DNA of 64,000 nt, taken from an uncultured Candidatus Saccharibacteria bacterium. Its GTDB lineage: Bacteria; Patescibacteriota; Minisyncoccia; Phycocordibacterales; Zambryskibacteraceae. The position numbers were made by a program, and so were the translations under genes. The DNA is taken from positions 125,492 to 189,491 of the forward strand of contig CAYGIH010000002.1 of the NCBI GenBank assembly GCA_964349945.1. Reading direction: 5' to 3'. Below, in pieces: positions 49,067 to 57,897 of the stretch. Under the pieces are notes generated by a model, which saw only the letters and a program-made list of their open reading frames with translations, made no database searches and was not told the origin of the DNA. Every line of letters begins with the position of its first letter. Position 1 is the stretch's first letter.

Positions 49067-49419
49067 ACATCCTCCGTGGAAATAAGTCAGGGAACTGGTG
49101 AATCAGTGAGATTCCAGCGAGTCTAATGTGAATATTAGCACATAATATGTAAAAAGTCAAGATAAATCCACTTGTCGTCACATGCTTTTAACGTGTCGTC
49201 ACAAGTATTTTTCTGCTGAAAAATCTCGCGACCCCGACTCAGCCCGTCGGCTTCTGTCTCGGACAAGTAAAAAACCGTGTCCCACAAGCTTTTTTACTTG
49301 TCCGCCCTCTTGGAATCTTCACACCTAGGAAACCCACGGTTTTCCCAATCCTTCCTTCACGGGAGACCAGATGTTCTCCCGACCCCTCTCCGTTCGAATC
49401 CAAGAGGATTCACTTCGTG

Positions 49420-49493
49420 TCCGCCCTCTTGGATTCGAACCAAGGACCCCAGAGGTATAAGCTCTGTGCTCTAACCAACTGAGCTAAGGGCGG
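49420..49493 (-). tRNA. tRNA-Ile (anticodon UAU)
   Basis: Cloverleaf: acceptor CCGCCCT/AGGGCGG, D GCTC/GAGC, anticodon stem CAGAG/CTCTG with loop CTTATAC, T arm CTTGG-TTCGAAT-CCAAG. No encoded CCA. Confidence 0.7.
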
Positions 49494-49523
49494 AGTAGGA
49501 ATACTATATAGCAAAATAGACTC

Positions 49524-51680
49524 TTATTCAAAATGCACTTTTTTAATCTGACTTTCTAGATAATTTTTTAGGTTTTTATGATCGTTGAGGGTTGGATCTT
49601 CTTCTATTATTTTTGTAGCTTCAAGGCGGGCGGCCTCAACCATTTTGATATTTTTGATAGCTTCCATCGCAAGGTCACTCACTCCCCATTGTTTACCTCC
49701 ATAGAGTTCGCCTGAACCTCGTTGCTTGAGGTCAAACTCTGCGAGTTCAAAGCCATTTTTGGCAGTCTTGAGGGCATTTAGCCTTTCAATAGTTTTATCT
49801 GTTTTAGAGTCAGCGAAGACAAAGCAGTATGGTTGATGTGTGCCTCGTAGTACTCGTCCACGAAGTTGGTGTAGTTGGGCGAGGCCAAACCGCTCTGCGC
49901 CTTCGATGATGATGAGTGAGGCATTGACTACGTTCACTCCTATTTCTACAACCGATGTGGCGACCAAAATATCTAATTTTTTATCTTTGAACTCTAGCAT
50001 TATTTTTTCTTTCTCCGTTGGCTTCATTTTGGAATGCAAAATACCGATGTTGTATTCAGGGAAGATATTTCTTTTTAATCTTTTAGCCTCTTCTTTAACT
50101 GATTTAACCAATATGGCCGTTTCTTTCTCCGGATCTGGTTCATCTATGCGTGGACAAATTACATAAAGTTGTCTGCCTGCTTGCATCTCCTCACGTATCT
50201 TTTCATAAGTATTTTCTCTCTTATCTTTAGTGACTATTTCTGTGATAATTTGTTTGCGTCCTTCGGGCATTTGATCAAGGAGGGAGAGATCAAGGTCGCC
50301 GTAGAAGGTGAGGGCAAGGGTGCGAGGAATAGGTGTGGCTGTCATAGAGAGCAAATGTGGGACTATGCCTTCTTTACTTATTAATTTTTGCCTTTGAGCT
50401 GTACCGAATCGGTGTTGTTCATCAATGATGGCAAGGGCTAGATGTTTAAACTTCACACTTTTTTGAATAAGAGCATGTGTGCCTATAAGTATGGCTATTT
50501 CACCATTCGCCACCCACTTGAGGAGTTGTGGGCGAGAGATGTTTGTCCAACCTTCTGGGTTGAGTTTAGAAGGAAATTTTCTACAGCCTGTTCCAGTGAT
50601 GAGAGCAATGTTTATAGGTAGGTGTTTGAAATATTTTATAAATGATTCAAAGTGTTGCTGAGCGAGGATTTCTGTGGGGACCATATAAGCGGTTTGAAGG
50701 GTGCCGAAACTCTGGCCCTTAGGTTTGGAAGTAGTGACAGCATAAGCAGCGGCTGCGGCCACAGCAGTTTTACCTGAACCCACATCTCCTTCAAGGAGTC
50801 TACTCATAGGATATCCTCGTCGAAAGTCGTCCAAAATATGTTGAATAGTTTTATATTGTGCCTCGGTCGCTTTGAAGGGAAATCTTTCTATAAACTTTTC
50901 CATCTCATCAAAATTTTTGTCTATCACAAATGATTTTTGCTCTTTGAATTCTTGTTTTATTTTTTGTTTTTCTAATTGAATGAAAAATATTTCTTCAAAA
51001 GCAAACCTTTTTCGCGCAGATTCAGCATCAGCCAAACTGTGTGGAGTATGAATCCATACTAGAGCGGTGCGGAGAGTGGGGAGATTATATTTATTAATAA
51101 TTTCCTCTGGGATTGGGTCAACGAGAGTATCTAAAGCGCCAGATGTGAAAATATTTTGAATTTTATGATAAATCCAATTAGAAGTGACGCCTCGTGTCTC
51201 TGGATAAACTGGATACAAAGTATGCTTTTCATTTTTAGTGCCAAACAATGAATCCCCAATATCAATAGGTAGTTTGGGTATAGTTTCAATTTTTGGATTA
51301 GAAAAATATAATTCACCTTTGCGCTCACTAATTTTCCCCTCTACACGAACAAACGAATCTTCGGTGAGCATTTTGGCGAGGTATGCTTGGTGGAACCAAA
51401 CTATTTTTATTCTCCCAGTCTCGTCTGTTACCCAAGCTTCAGACATGGGGATTCTAGTCCTAAATCCTTTGGAAGTTTTTAGTCCACTGATTTGTCCAAA
51501 TACTACAGCTTCAGTGCCTTTGGTTAAGGTGTTCACATATGTCACTTTGGCTGTATCTCCGTATCTGGTAGGAAAGTAGTAGAGTAAATCCTCCACGGTT
51601 AATACGCCTATTTTCTTTAGAGCATTGGCCTGTACGGGTAAGATACGAAATACAGATGAGAGGTTATCTCTAATATTCAT
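49524..51680 (-). CDS. recG: ATP-dependent DNA helicase RecG
   Basis: Wedge domain plus helicase motifs (GDVGSGKT, DEQHRFG). 718 aa. Confidence 0.9.
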   Translation of the reverse strand: MNIRDNLSSVFRILPVQANALKKIGVLTVEDLLYYFPTRYGDTAKVTYVNTLTKGTEAVVFGQISGLKTSKGFRTRIPMSEAWVTDETGRIKIVWFHQAYLAKMLTEDSFVRVEGKISERKGELYFSNPKIETIPKLPIDIGDSLFGTKNEKHTLYPVYPETRGVTSNWIYHKIQNIFTSGALDTLVDPIPEEIINKYNLPTLRTALVWIHTPHSLADAESARKRFAFEEIFFIQLEKQKIKQEFKEQKSFVIDKNFDEMEKFIERFPFKATEAQYKTIQHILDDFRRGYPMSRLLEGDVGSGKTAVAAAAAYAVTTSKPKGQSFGTLQTAYMVPTEILAQQHFESFIKYFKHLPINIALITGTGCRKFPSKLNPEGWTNISRPQLLKWVANGEIAILIGTHALIQKSVKFKHLALAIIDEQHRFGTAQRQKLISKEGIVPHLLSMTATPIPRTLALTFYGDLDLSLLDQMPEGRKQIITEIVTKDKRENTYEKIREEMQAGRQLYVICPRIDEPDPEKETAILVKSVKEEAKRLKRNIFPEYNIGILHSKMKPTEKEKIMLEFKDKKLDILVATSVVEIGVNVVNASLIIIEGAERFGLAQLHQLRGRVLRGTHQPYCFVFADSKTDKTIERLNALKTAKNGFELAEFDLKQRGSGELYGGKQWGVSDLAMEAIKNIKMVEAARLEATKIIEEDPTLNDHKNLKNYLESQIKKVHFE

Positions 51681-51700
51681 ACCCTATATTGTGTACTAAT

Positions 51701-52138
51701 TTATTTCGCTGCGACAGTCACGTAGCCACCAAGGTTAGGTTGCATATGGTTGTGGTAACCCCAAACTCCCATTTTGTTGAAGGTGAAGACAAATGTTTTT
51801 TCTCCCTTATACTCTGTCTTGTATTGGTCAAATTGTGGGAAGAAAGTGTGTCCTGGGTGTGGGTTGGAGGCAACGGACATTGCTTGAGATGATTCGTTGA
51901 TGAATGTGACAGATTCACCTTGCTTCACAGTAATACCTTCAGGAACGAAACCTTTGTCTGTATAGGTAACAGTTTTAATCTCTGGAACGGTTGGAGCAGC
52001 TTCAGTAGCTGAAGCTGTATTTGGATTAGGAGTTAGTTCAGGTTTGCTGTCTGTTGGTGCGTATTTCCAAACCAAAAACCCAACGACTAATATTGCCAAA
52101 ATGATTATAATTTCTTTCTGCTTCATTTTTTTATTCAT
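51701..52138 (-). CDS. Secreted cupredoxin-like domain protein (no Cys ligand)
   Basis: Signal/TM anchor. His-rich beta-sandwich-like C-terminus (SNPHPGH, GYHNH). Weak call. Confidence 0.35.
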   Translation of the reverse strand: MNKKMKQKEIIIILAILVVGFLVWKYAPTDSKPELTPNPNTASATEAAPTVPEIKTVTYTDKGFVPEGITVKQGESVTFINESSQAMSVASNPHPGHTFFPQFDQYKTEYKGEKTFVFTFNKMGVWGYHNHMQPNLGGYVTVAAK

Positions 52139-52214
52139 TAAATAACTAATTTACGTATACATTATTCTAGCACAATATGAAAAGTCAAAGAAATATGCTA
52201 ATTTAGGCTGTACT

Positions 52215-52303
52215 GGAGACGTGTCAGAGTGGTCTAACGTACCTCTTTGCTAAAGAGGCAAGCCTCTTAAAGGGCTTCGAGGGTTCGAATCCCTCCGTCT
52301 CCG
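52215..52303 (+). tRNA. tRNA-Ser (anticodon GCU), class II with long variable arm
   Basis: Acceptor GGAGACG/CGTCTCC, anticodon stem CCTCT/AGAGG with loop TTGCTAA, variable arm AAGCC...GGCTT, T arm GAGGG-TTCGAAT-CCCTC. Terminator at 52321-52345. Confidence 0.75.
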
Positions 52304-52544
52304 CAAATATAAAAAATACAGGCTTCTGCCTGCATTTTTTATATTCTGCGTTGAGGTAGGAGGGAGAGAAAGACGGAGCACGACGGTGCGAGTCGGGGTA
52401 GCGGAAAATTTCAGTAGAAATTTATCCGTGACCGAATCCCTCCGTCTCCGCAAATTGAAAGAAAAATGAGTGGTGGGTTGTATTAAGGATAGAAAGACAA
52501 TAGAAATCTAAAATCTTTCTTAATTTAACTTCTAACCTTAAAAC

Positions 52545-52916
52545 ATGAAAAAAACAACAATAGGATTAACCTTAATGGTATTTGTGATTGGGCTAACAGC
52601 TATTTCAGCCAGCTCAGCCATGGCTTATAGAGGAGACCCAGCAGTAAAAGGGCCAAATTATTCAGTAGAACGTCACACTGCGATGGCCAAGGCACTTGAG
52701 ACCAAGGATTATACAGCTTGGAAACTACTTATGGGGAACAAAGGCAGAGTAACTCAGATAATCACCGAAGCCAATTTCGCCAAGTTTGCAGAAGCTCACA
52801 ACCTTGCCCTACAAGGGAAAACAGCCGAAGCTCAAAAGATCCGTCAGGAACTTGGACTGGGAACACAAAATAGTCCAAAGGGAAACAGAGGTTGTATGAT
52901 GGGTGTATGGAAATAG
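52545..52916 (+). CDS. Secreted small hypothetical protein (signal peptide)
   Basis: N-terminal signal peptide. 123 aa. Confidence 0.4.
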   Translation: MKKTTIGLTLMVFVIGLTAISASSAMAYRGDPAVKGPNYSVERHTAMAKALETKDYTAWKLLMGNKGRVTQIITEANFAKFAEAHNLALQGKTAEAQKIRQELGLGTQNSPKGNRGCMMGVWK

Positions 52917-53455
52917 GAGAGATAGAAAAACTTTCTGACGAGGAGATAGTAGAAAAGGTTTGTTTGAACAACCGAGACCTTTATGCTGTCATAATCGAAA
53001 GGTATAAAAATAAGCTTTTGAGGTATACAACAAACTTGGTACATGATGAAGACAAAGCGAGTCACATCACCCAAGATTCCTTAGTGAAAGCGTATATTAA
53101 CCTCAAAGGTTTTGATGTAAAAAAGAAATTTTCTAGCTGGATATACCGTATTGCTCACAATGAGGCAATGAATGTGGTTAAGAAATACGAGAAAGAAATA
53201 CAAATACCAGATGATTTTGACTATGAGAGTGAGGAAAACATAATAGAAAATTATGAGAAAAAAGAAGTCATTATACTTGTGGAAAAGTGTCTAAATTCTA
53301 TGCCTATAATTTATTCAGAACCACTAAGTCTTTATTATCTAGATAACAAATCGTATGAAGAAATAAGTGAGATTCTAAGGATTCCTATGGGCACAGTGGC
53401 TACTCGGATTAGCCGAGCGAAGAAATTAATGAAACATATATGTCAAAAGAACTAA
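52892..53455 (+). CDS. ECF-type RNA polymerase sigma factor
   Basis: Sigma region 2 (YRIAHNEAMNVVKKY) and region 4 HTH (YEEISEILRIPMGTVATRISRAKK). The true start is probably M at about 52907. Confidence 0.75.
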   Translation: MYDGCMEIGEIEKLSDEEIVEKVCLNNRDLYAVIIERYKNKLLRYTTNLVHDEDKASHITQDSLVKAYINLKGFDVKKKFSSWIYRIAHNEAMNVVKKYEKEIQIPDDFDYESEENIIENYEKKEVIILVEKCLNSMPIIYSEPLSLYYLDNKSYEEISEILRIPMGTVATRISRAKKLMKHICQKN

Positions 53456-53922
53456 AACAAATTACAGACAACATTATGGACCAAATCCACAATGAGAAGA
53501 TTAAAATGCGTCCAAAAATATATTTTATTATTGGCTCTATCTTAACCTTAGTAGGACTCGTATCTTCGGTAGTCTTCTCAATTTTTTTGGTTGGATTGAC
53601 TCGGTTTTCTCTGCGTTCACACGGACCAATGGCGAATTACAGAATGGATCAAATTATTTCAAGCTTCCCTTGGTGGGCTCCCATACTCGCGGTTATTGGT
53701 TTAATCATAGGTATACAACTACTCCGTAAATATGATTTTTCTTTCAAAACAAATTTCAAGTTAGTGGTTATAGGATTTATTTTCTCTGTTTTTGTTGGAG
53801 GATGGATAGTAGACAGTATTGGATTAAATGATACTTTGGCTCGACGTGGACCAATGCGAGGAATGATGAGGCAATATATGCAAGAAAATTACAATCAAAA
53901 CAATTTCGAGTGGCGACGCTAA
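53440..53922 (+). CDS. Putative membrane anti-sigma factor
   Basis: Immediately downstream of, and overlapping, the ECF sigma gene. Multi-TM. Confidence 0.4.
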   Translation: MSKELKQITDNIMDQIHNEKIKMRPKIYFIIGSILTLVGLVSSVVFSIFLVGLTRFSLRSHGPMANYRMDQIISSFPWWAPILAVIGLIIGIQLLRKYDFSFKTNFKLVVIGFIFSVFVGGWIVDSIGLNDTLARRGPMRGMMRQYMQENYNQNNFEWRR

Positions 53923-53951
53923 ATGAATTTTTGGTGGTGTATACTTAATCT

Positions 53952-54449
53952 ATGCCAAATGAAGAATATCAAAAACTAGGTTGGAAGACTTTCTGGGTCT
54001 TTTTATCCGAGAGGTTAAAGATAGCCATCCTTATCGGATTTATTGCTCTTGCTTTTATTGTTTTCAAGATTCCTTATGCTGGTTGGATTGCTTTAGCTTT
54101 TGTTTTAGCCTCAATTATCACAGCAGTTATCACTTGGGTTGATTATTCGGGTTATGGTTACCAACTTGGACCAGACGCTCTAAAGCTTCGACGAGGGACT
54201 TTCCACAAAGATGAGACAGCTATACCATATAGGCAAATACAAAACATAGGGATAGAGAGGCCTTTTCTATATGTATTATCTGGTACCTCAAAATTAGTTA
54301 TTCTAACTGCCGGTCACGAAGATAAAGATAGTGCAGCAGGTGATGCTGAATCAGAAGGGATAATCCCTATTATAGACAAAGATTTGGCCATTAGGCTTCA
54401 AAACGAGCTTCTTAGTAGAGCCAATATCCAAAAAGTAGTTCAAGCATAA
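53952..54449 (+). CDS. Bacterial PH-domain (bPH_2/YdbS-like) membrane protein
   Basis: Two N-terminal TM helices followed by a bPH_2-like domain. Confidence 0.5.
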   Translation: MPNEEYQKLGWKTFWVFLSERLKIAILIGFIALAFIVFKIPYAGWIALAFVLASIITAVITWVDYSGYGYQLGPDALKLRRGTFHKDETAIPYRQIQNIGIERPFLYVLSGTSKLVILTAGHEDKDSAAGDAESEGIIPIIDKDLAIRLQNELLSRANIQKVVQA

Positions 54450-54451
54450 AT

Positions 54452-55108
54452 TTAGTGCGCCACTGCTACGCACAAAATTTTTCTAGCCCCTGCTTGTTTT
54501 AGCGCACGCTTGGCTTCTGTGAAAGTAGCTCCTGATGTGGTGACATCGTCTAAAAGAATAATATTTTTATCTTTAATTGAATTATTAGCTTGCATTGAAT
54601 TCTTTAAATTTTCATCACGTTCTCGTTTGGTTGCATGAGTCCTCGCTTGGCTTTCCGTATAAAGAGTTTTTTTCAACAAATTAGAGGAATAAACAAATAA
54701 ATTATTTATATCTAATTTTTTTATTTCTTCACCTAATATTTCAGTTTGATTCCATCCTCGTTCACGACGACGTTTGTCTGCAATAGGCATAGGGATGAGT
54801 AGGGGATTTATAAAATTTTCAAAAAGAGCTCTTTCAGCCAATTCATGTTCTAAAACATCAATAAGTATTTGGGCAATTTTTTGAGCGATTCTTTTATTAC
54901 CCTTATATTTGAGTTCCCAAACCAAGGTTTTTACATCTTCATTTTTATAATCAAATAACACAATCATTCTTTCATCTTTTATTTCTCTTGCTTGAGGTAG
55001 ATGATTTAAAAGGTCACCAATACTCATATTTTCTAAAATTTCCACAGCAAGGTTTTTAGGGAAGAGAAAATCTAAAAAATATTCATAGATAGATTTGAGT
55101 TTATCCAT
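54452..55108 (-). CDS. comF: ComF-family phosphoribosyltransferase-domain competence protein
   Basis: C-terminal PRTase motif IILLDDVTTSGATF. Confidence 0.75.
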   Translation of the reverse strand: MDKLKSIYEYFLDFLFPKNLAVEILENMSIGDLLNHLPQAREIKDERMIVLFDYKNEDVKTLVWELKYKGNKRIAQKIAQILIDVLEHELAERALFENFINPLLIPMPIADKRRRERGWNQTEILGEEIKKLDINNLFVYSSNLLKKTLYTESQARTHATKRERDENLKNSMQANNSIKDKNIILLDDVTTSGATFTEAKRALKQAGARKILCVAVAH

Positions 55109-55149
55109 ATATCTATAATAAACGAATATTCACATGTTATACTTAGAAT

Positions 55150-56268
55150 ATGTCGTTTTTCTCGAATATTTTTTCTGCTAAGCAAGAACAAAGTGTCTTG
55201 GGGATAGATATAGGTTCTTCGGCCATAAAAGTAGTCCAAATTAAGCGCCAAAATGGTCAGGCGGTCCTAGAGACATACGGTGAATTGGCCTTGGGTCCAT
55301 ATGCAGGAGGGACCATAGGTCAGGCAGTGGTAATGTCTCCAGAAAAGATTGCTCAAGCTTTAGTAGATCTTATAAAAGAAAAAGAAGTAAATATCACCAC
55401 CAGAAAGTGTGGAGTCTCAATTCCTTTCGCCTCAAGTCTCATGTCTATTGTAGAAATGCCAGAAGTTTCGAATAAGCAGTTGTCTGTTATGGTCCCTATA
55501 GAAGCACGCAAATATATCCCTGTGCCAATTTCTGAAGTAGTTCTTGATTGGTCATTAATTCCCAAAACAGAAGTAGCTGTAGAAGAAACAAACAATACCC
55601 CAGAATCTAATTTACAAAAATCAGCTAGAAAGATAGATGTTTTGGTGGTTGCTATTCATAAAGATACTATTTCTCGCTATGAAGAAATTATTTCTAAGGC
55701 AGGACTTGAAGCCAGTTTCTTTGAGATAGAAATATTTAGTACTATGCGCGCTGTTTTGGATGATTCTCTCACACCTGTGATGATTATGGATATGGGAGCC
55801 GCATCAACAAAGCTTTATATTATTGAAAGGGGGGTTATCAAATCGTCTCATACAGTCAATAGAGGTTCACAAGATATTACTTCCACAATCTCCAAATCAC
55901 TTGGGCTTACTCTTGAACGTTCTGAAGTGATGAAGAGGACTATTGGTGCTACGGGTGAAGATAAAACCTTAACTAGCGTTATTTCTCTCACACTTGATTA
56001 TATTTTTGAGGAGGCCAACAGGATTTTGCTTTCTTTTGAGAAAAGATATAACAAAACAGTTACTAAAGTAATCCTTGTTGGTGGAGGAGCCTCGCTCAAA
56101 GGTTTGAGTGATTTGGCAAAAAATAATTTCAAGACAAATGCAGTGACTGGCGATCCGTTTAACAAACTTTCAAGTCCAGCATTTCTTGATTCAATCCTAA
56201 AAGAGACCGGCCCTGAATTTGCTGTGGCTATAGGAGCTGCTCTTCGTAAACTTTCAGAAGAAGAATAA
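55150..56268 (+). CDS. pilM: Type IV pilus assembly ATPase-like protein PilM
   Basis: Actin-like fold (LGIDIGSSAIKVV, VGGGASL). Confidence 0.8.
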   Translation: MSFFSNIFSAKQEQSVLGIDIGSSAIKVVQIKRQNGQAVLETYGELALGPYAGGTIGQAVVMSPEKIAQALVDLIKEKEVNITTRKCGVSIPFASSLMSIVEMPEVSNKQLSVMVPIEARKYIPVPISEVVLDWSLIPKTEVAVEETNNTPESNLQKSARKIDVLVVAIHKDTISRYEEIISKAGLEASFFEIEIFSTMRAVLDDSLTPVMIMDMGAASTKLYIIERGVIKSSHTVNRGSQDITSTISKSLGLTLERSEVMKRTIGATGEDKTLTSVISLTLDYIFEEANRILLSFEKRYNKTVTKVILVGGGASLKGLSDLAKNNFKTNAVTGDPFNKLSSPAFLDSILKETGPEFAVAIGAALRKLSEEE

Positions 56269-56336
56269 GTTGTTATAAACACCCTAGGGACTTCTATTCT
56301 TTATTAAACATTGTTTCTAGTCTATAATTTGTCTAG

Positions 56337-57014
56337 ATGGATCCGAAATTTCAATCATCATTTATACCAAAGGGGCCTGTCGCTTCTCCGGCGTCTTTTA
56401 CAACACCCAAGAAATCTGGCGGTTTGTTCGGTTTTATTGCCTCAGTAATTTTCTTTATTGCTGTGGCTATTTCTGCTGGGCTTTTTGGTTATGAGAAATA
56501 CCTACTCTCAAGTATCGCTCAAAGAGGTGATGACTTAAAACAAGCCAAAGAAGCACTTAATCCAGATTTGATTAAAGATCTTTTGAAGCTAAATTCTCGT
56601 ATAAATTCTACTGAGGACATCCTTTCTAAACATACCGTACTTTCTCCATTATTTGATTTCCTAGAGAGTTCTACCTATAAATCAGTTCGATATACTTCGT
56701 TTAAATTTTCAAATGATAAGGAATTGACTATTTCTATGGGCGGACAAGCTCGTGGTTATGCCGCTGTGGCCCTGCAAGCAGATACTTTGAGTCGAAGCAA
56801 ATATATAAAAAATCCTGTTTTCTCTGATCTTTTGCTAGATGATAAGGGGAATGTTTTGTTTAGTTTTAAGGCAACATTGAATCCTGATATTATTTCCTAC
56901 AAGAGACAAATAGAGAGTGGTGAATTGGAGATAAACAAAACTCCGGTAAAAGTTTCAACACCAGTTGCTACCACCACTCCAGCTGTTCAAGCGACAACCA
57001 CAACACCAAAATAA
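56337..57014 (+). CDS. pilN: PilN-like pilus assembly protein
   Basis: Single TM then a periplasmic coiled-coil. Position after pilM. Confidence 0.55.
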   Translation: MDPKFQSSFIPKGPVASPASFTTPKKSGGLFGFIASVIFFIAVAISAGLFGYEKYLLSSIAQRGDDLKQAKEALNPDLIKDLLKLNSRINSTEDILSKHTVLSPLFDFLESSTYKSVRYTSFKFSNDKELTISMGGQARGYAAVALQADTLSRSKYIKNPVFSDLLLDDKGNVLFSFKATLNPDIISYKRQIESGELEINKTPVKVSTPVATTTPAVQATTTTPK

Positions 57015-57015
57015 T

Positions 57016-57549
57016 ATGAAAAATTCTACTGCCATAATCGTAATTCTCATTGCTGGAGCCCTCTTTTATACTTTTATTGCACCCGAGTACAGCAAAGTTC
57101 AAGCTCTTAGAGAAAATTTAATAGAGTATGAAAATATTATTCAAAATGTCTCAAGTTTAGCCAAACAAAGAGATAATCTTTTGATTAAATATAATGCTGT
57201 TCCTAATTCGGAAATCACTCGTCTAACCAAGGCATTACCAGACTATATTGATACCGTAAGGCTGGCTATGGACTTTGATAACATTTCTGCAAAATATGGT
57301 ATTTCTATAAAGAGTTTTCAAGTGGTTGATAACAAAACTACTTCAATAGCTGATGCTGTTTCAAATAAGCCCTATAATGCCACTACTGTTTCATTTAGTT
57401 TTGTGACAACCTATCCTAATTTCAGAAAATTTATGAAAGATATAGAGCAAAGTTTGAGAATTATTGATGTGAAGAATGTATCATTTTCAGCCAGCGATAA
57501 TGGTTTGAATGAATATAGTGTTTCGATCCAAACATATTGGCTCAAATAA
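57016..57549 (+). CDS. pilO: PilO-like pilus assembly protein
   Basis: ATG at 57016 (MKNSTAII...). TM helix plus coiled-coil. Confidence 0.55.
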   Translation: MKNSTAIIVILIAGALFYTFIAPEYSKVQALRENLIEYENIIQNVSSLAKQRDNLLIKYNAVPNSEITRLTKALPDYIDTVRLAMDFDNISAKYGISIKSFQVVDNKTTSIADAVSNKPYNATTVSFSFVTTYPNFRKFMKDIEQSLRIIDVKNVSFSASDNGLNEYSVSIQTYWLK

Positions 57550-57552
57550 AAT

Positions 57553-57897
57553 ATGAAAAACTTTCTACAAAACAACAAGAATATCATTATAACCATCATT
57601 ATTTTTGTTATTGGTTTTTATGTTTTCAAATATTTTAAAAACACAACCTCACCAACCGAATCTTTGGATACTAGTGTAGTTTCTGCTGGTAAGGATGTGG
57701 TGGATTTGAGTAATAGTATTAAAACTGCCACCTTGAATAATTCACTTTTTTCTATTCCTGCCTATAAAGCATTACAGGATTTCAGCACAGAAATCATGTC
57801 ACAACCAATGGGTAGAACGAATCCTTTTAGCCCCATTGGTTCAGAAAGCGTTCAGCAAGTAGTTACACCTGCACCAAGTACTTCAACTAAAAAATAA
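57553..57897 (+). CDS. Small membrane-anchored pilus-locus protein (PilP-like?)
   Basis: TM helix plus a Ser/Thr-rich periplasmic region. Confidence 0.35.
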   Translation: MKNFLQNNKNIIITIIIFVIGFYVFKYFKNTTSPTESLDTSVVSAGKDVVDLSNSIKTATLNNSLFSIPAYKALQDFSTEIMSQPMGRTNPFSPIGSESVQQVVTPAPSTSTKK

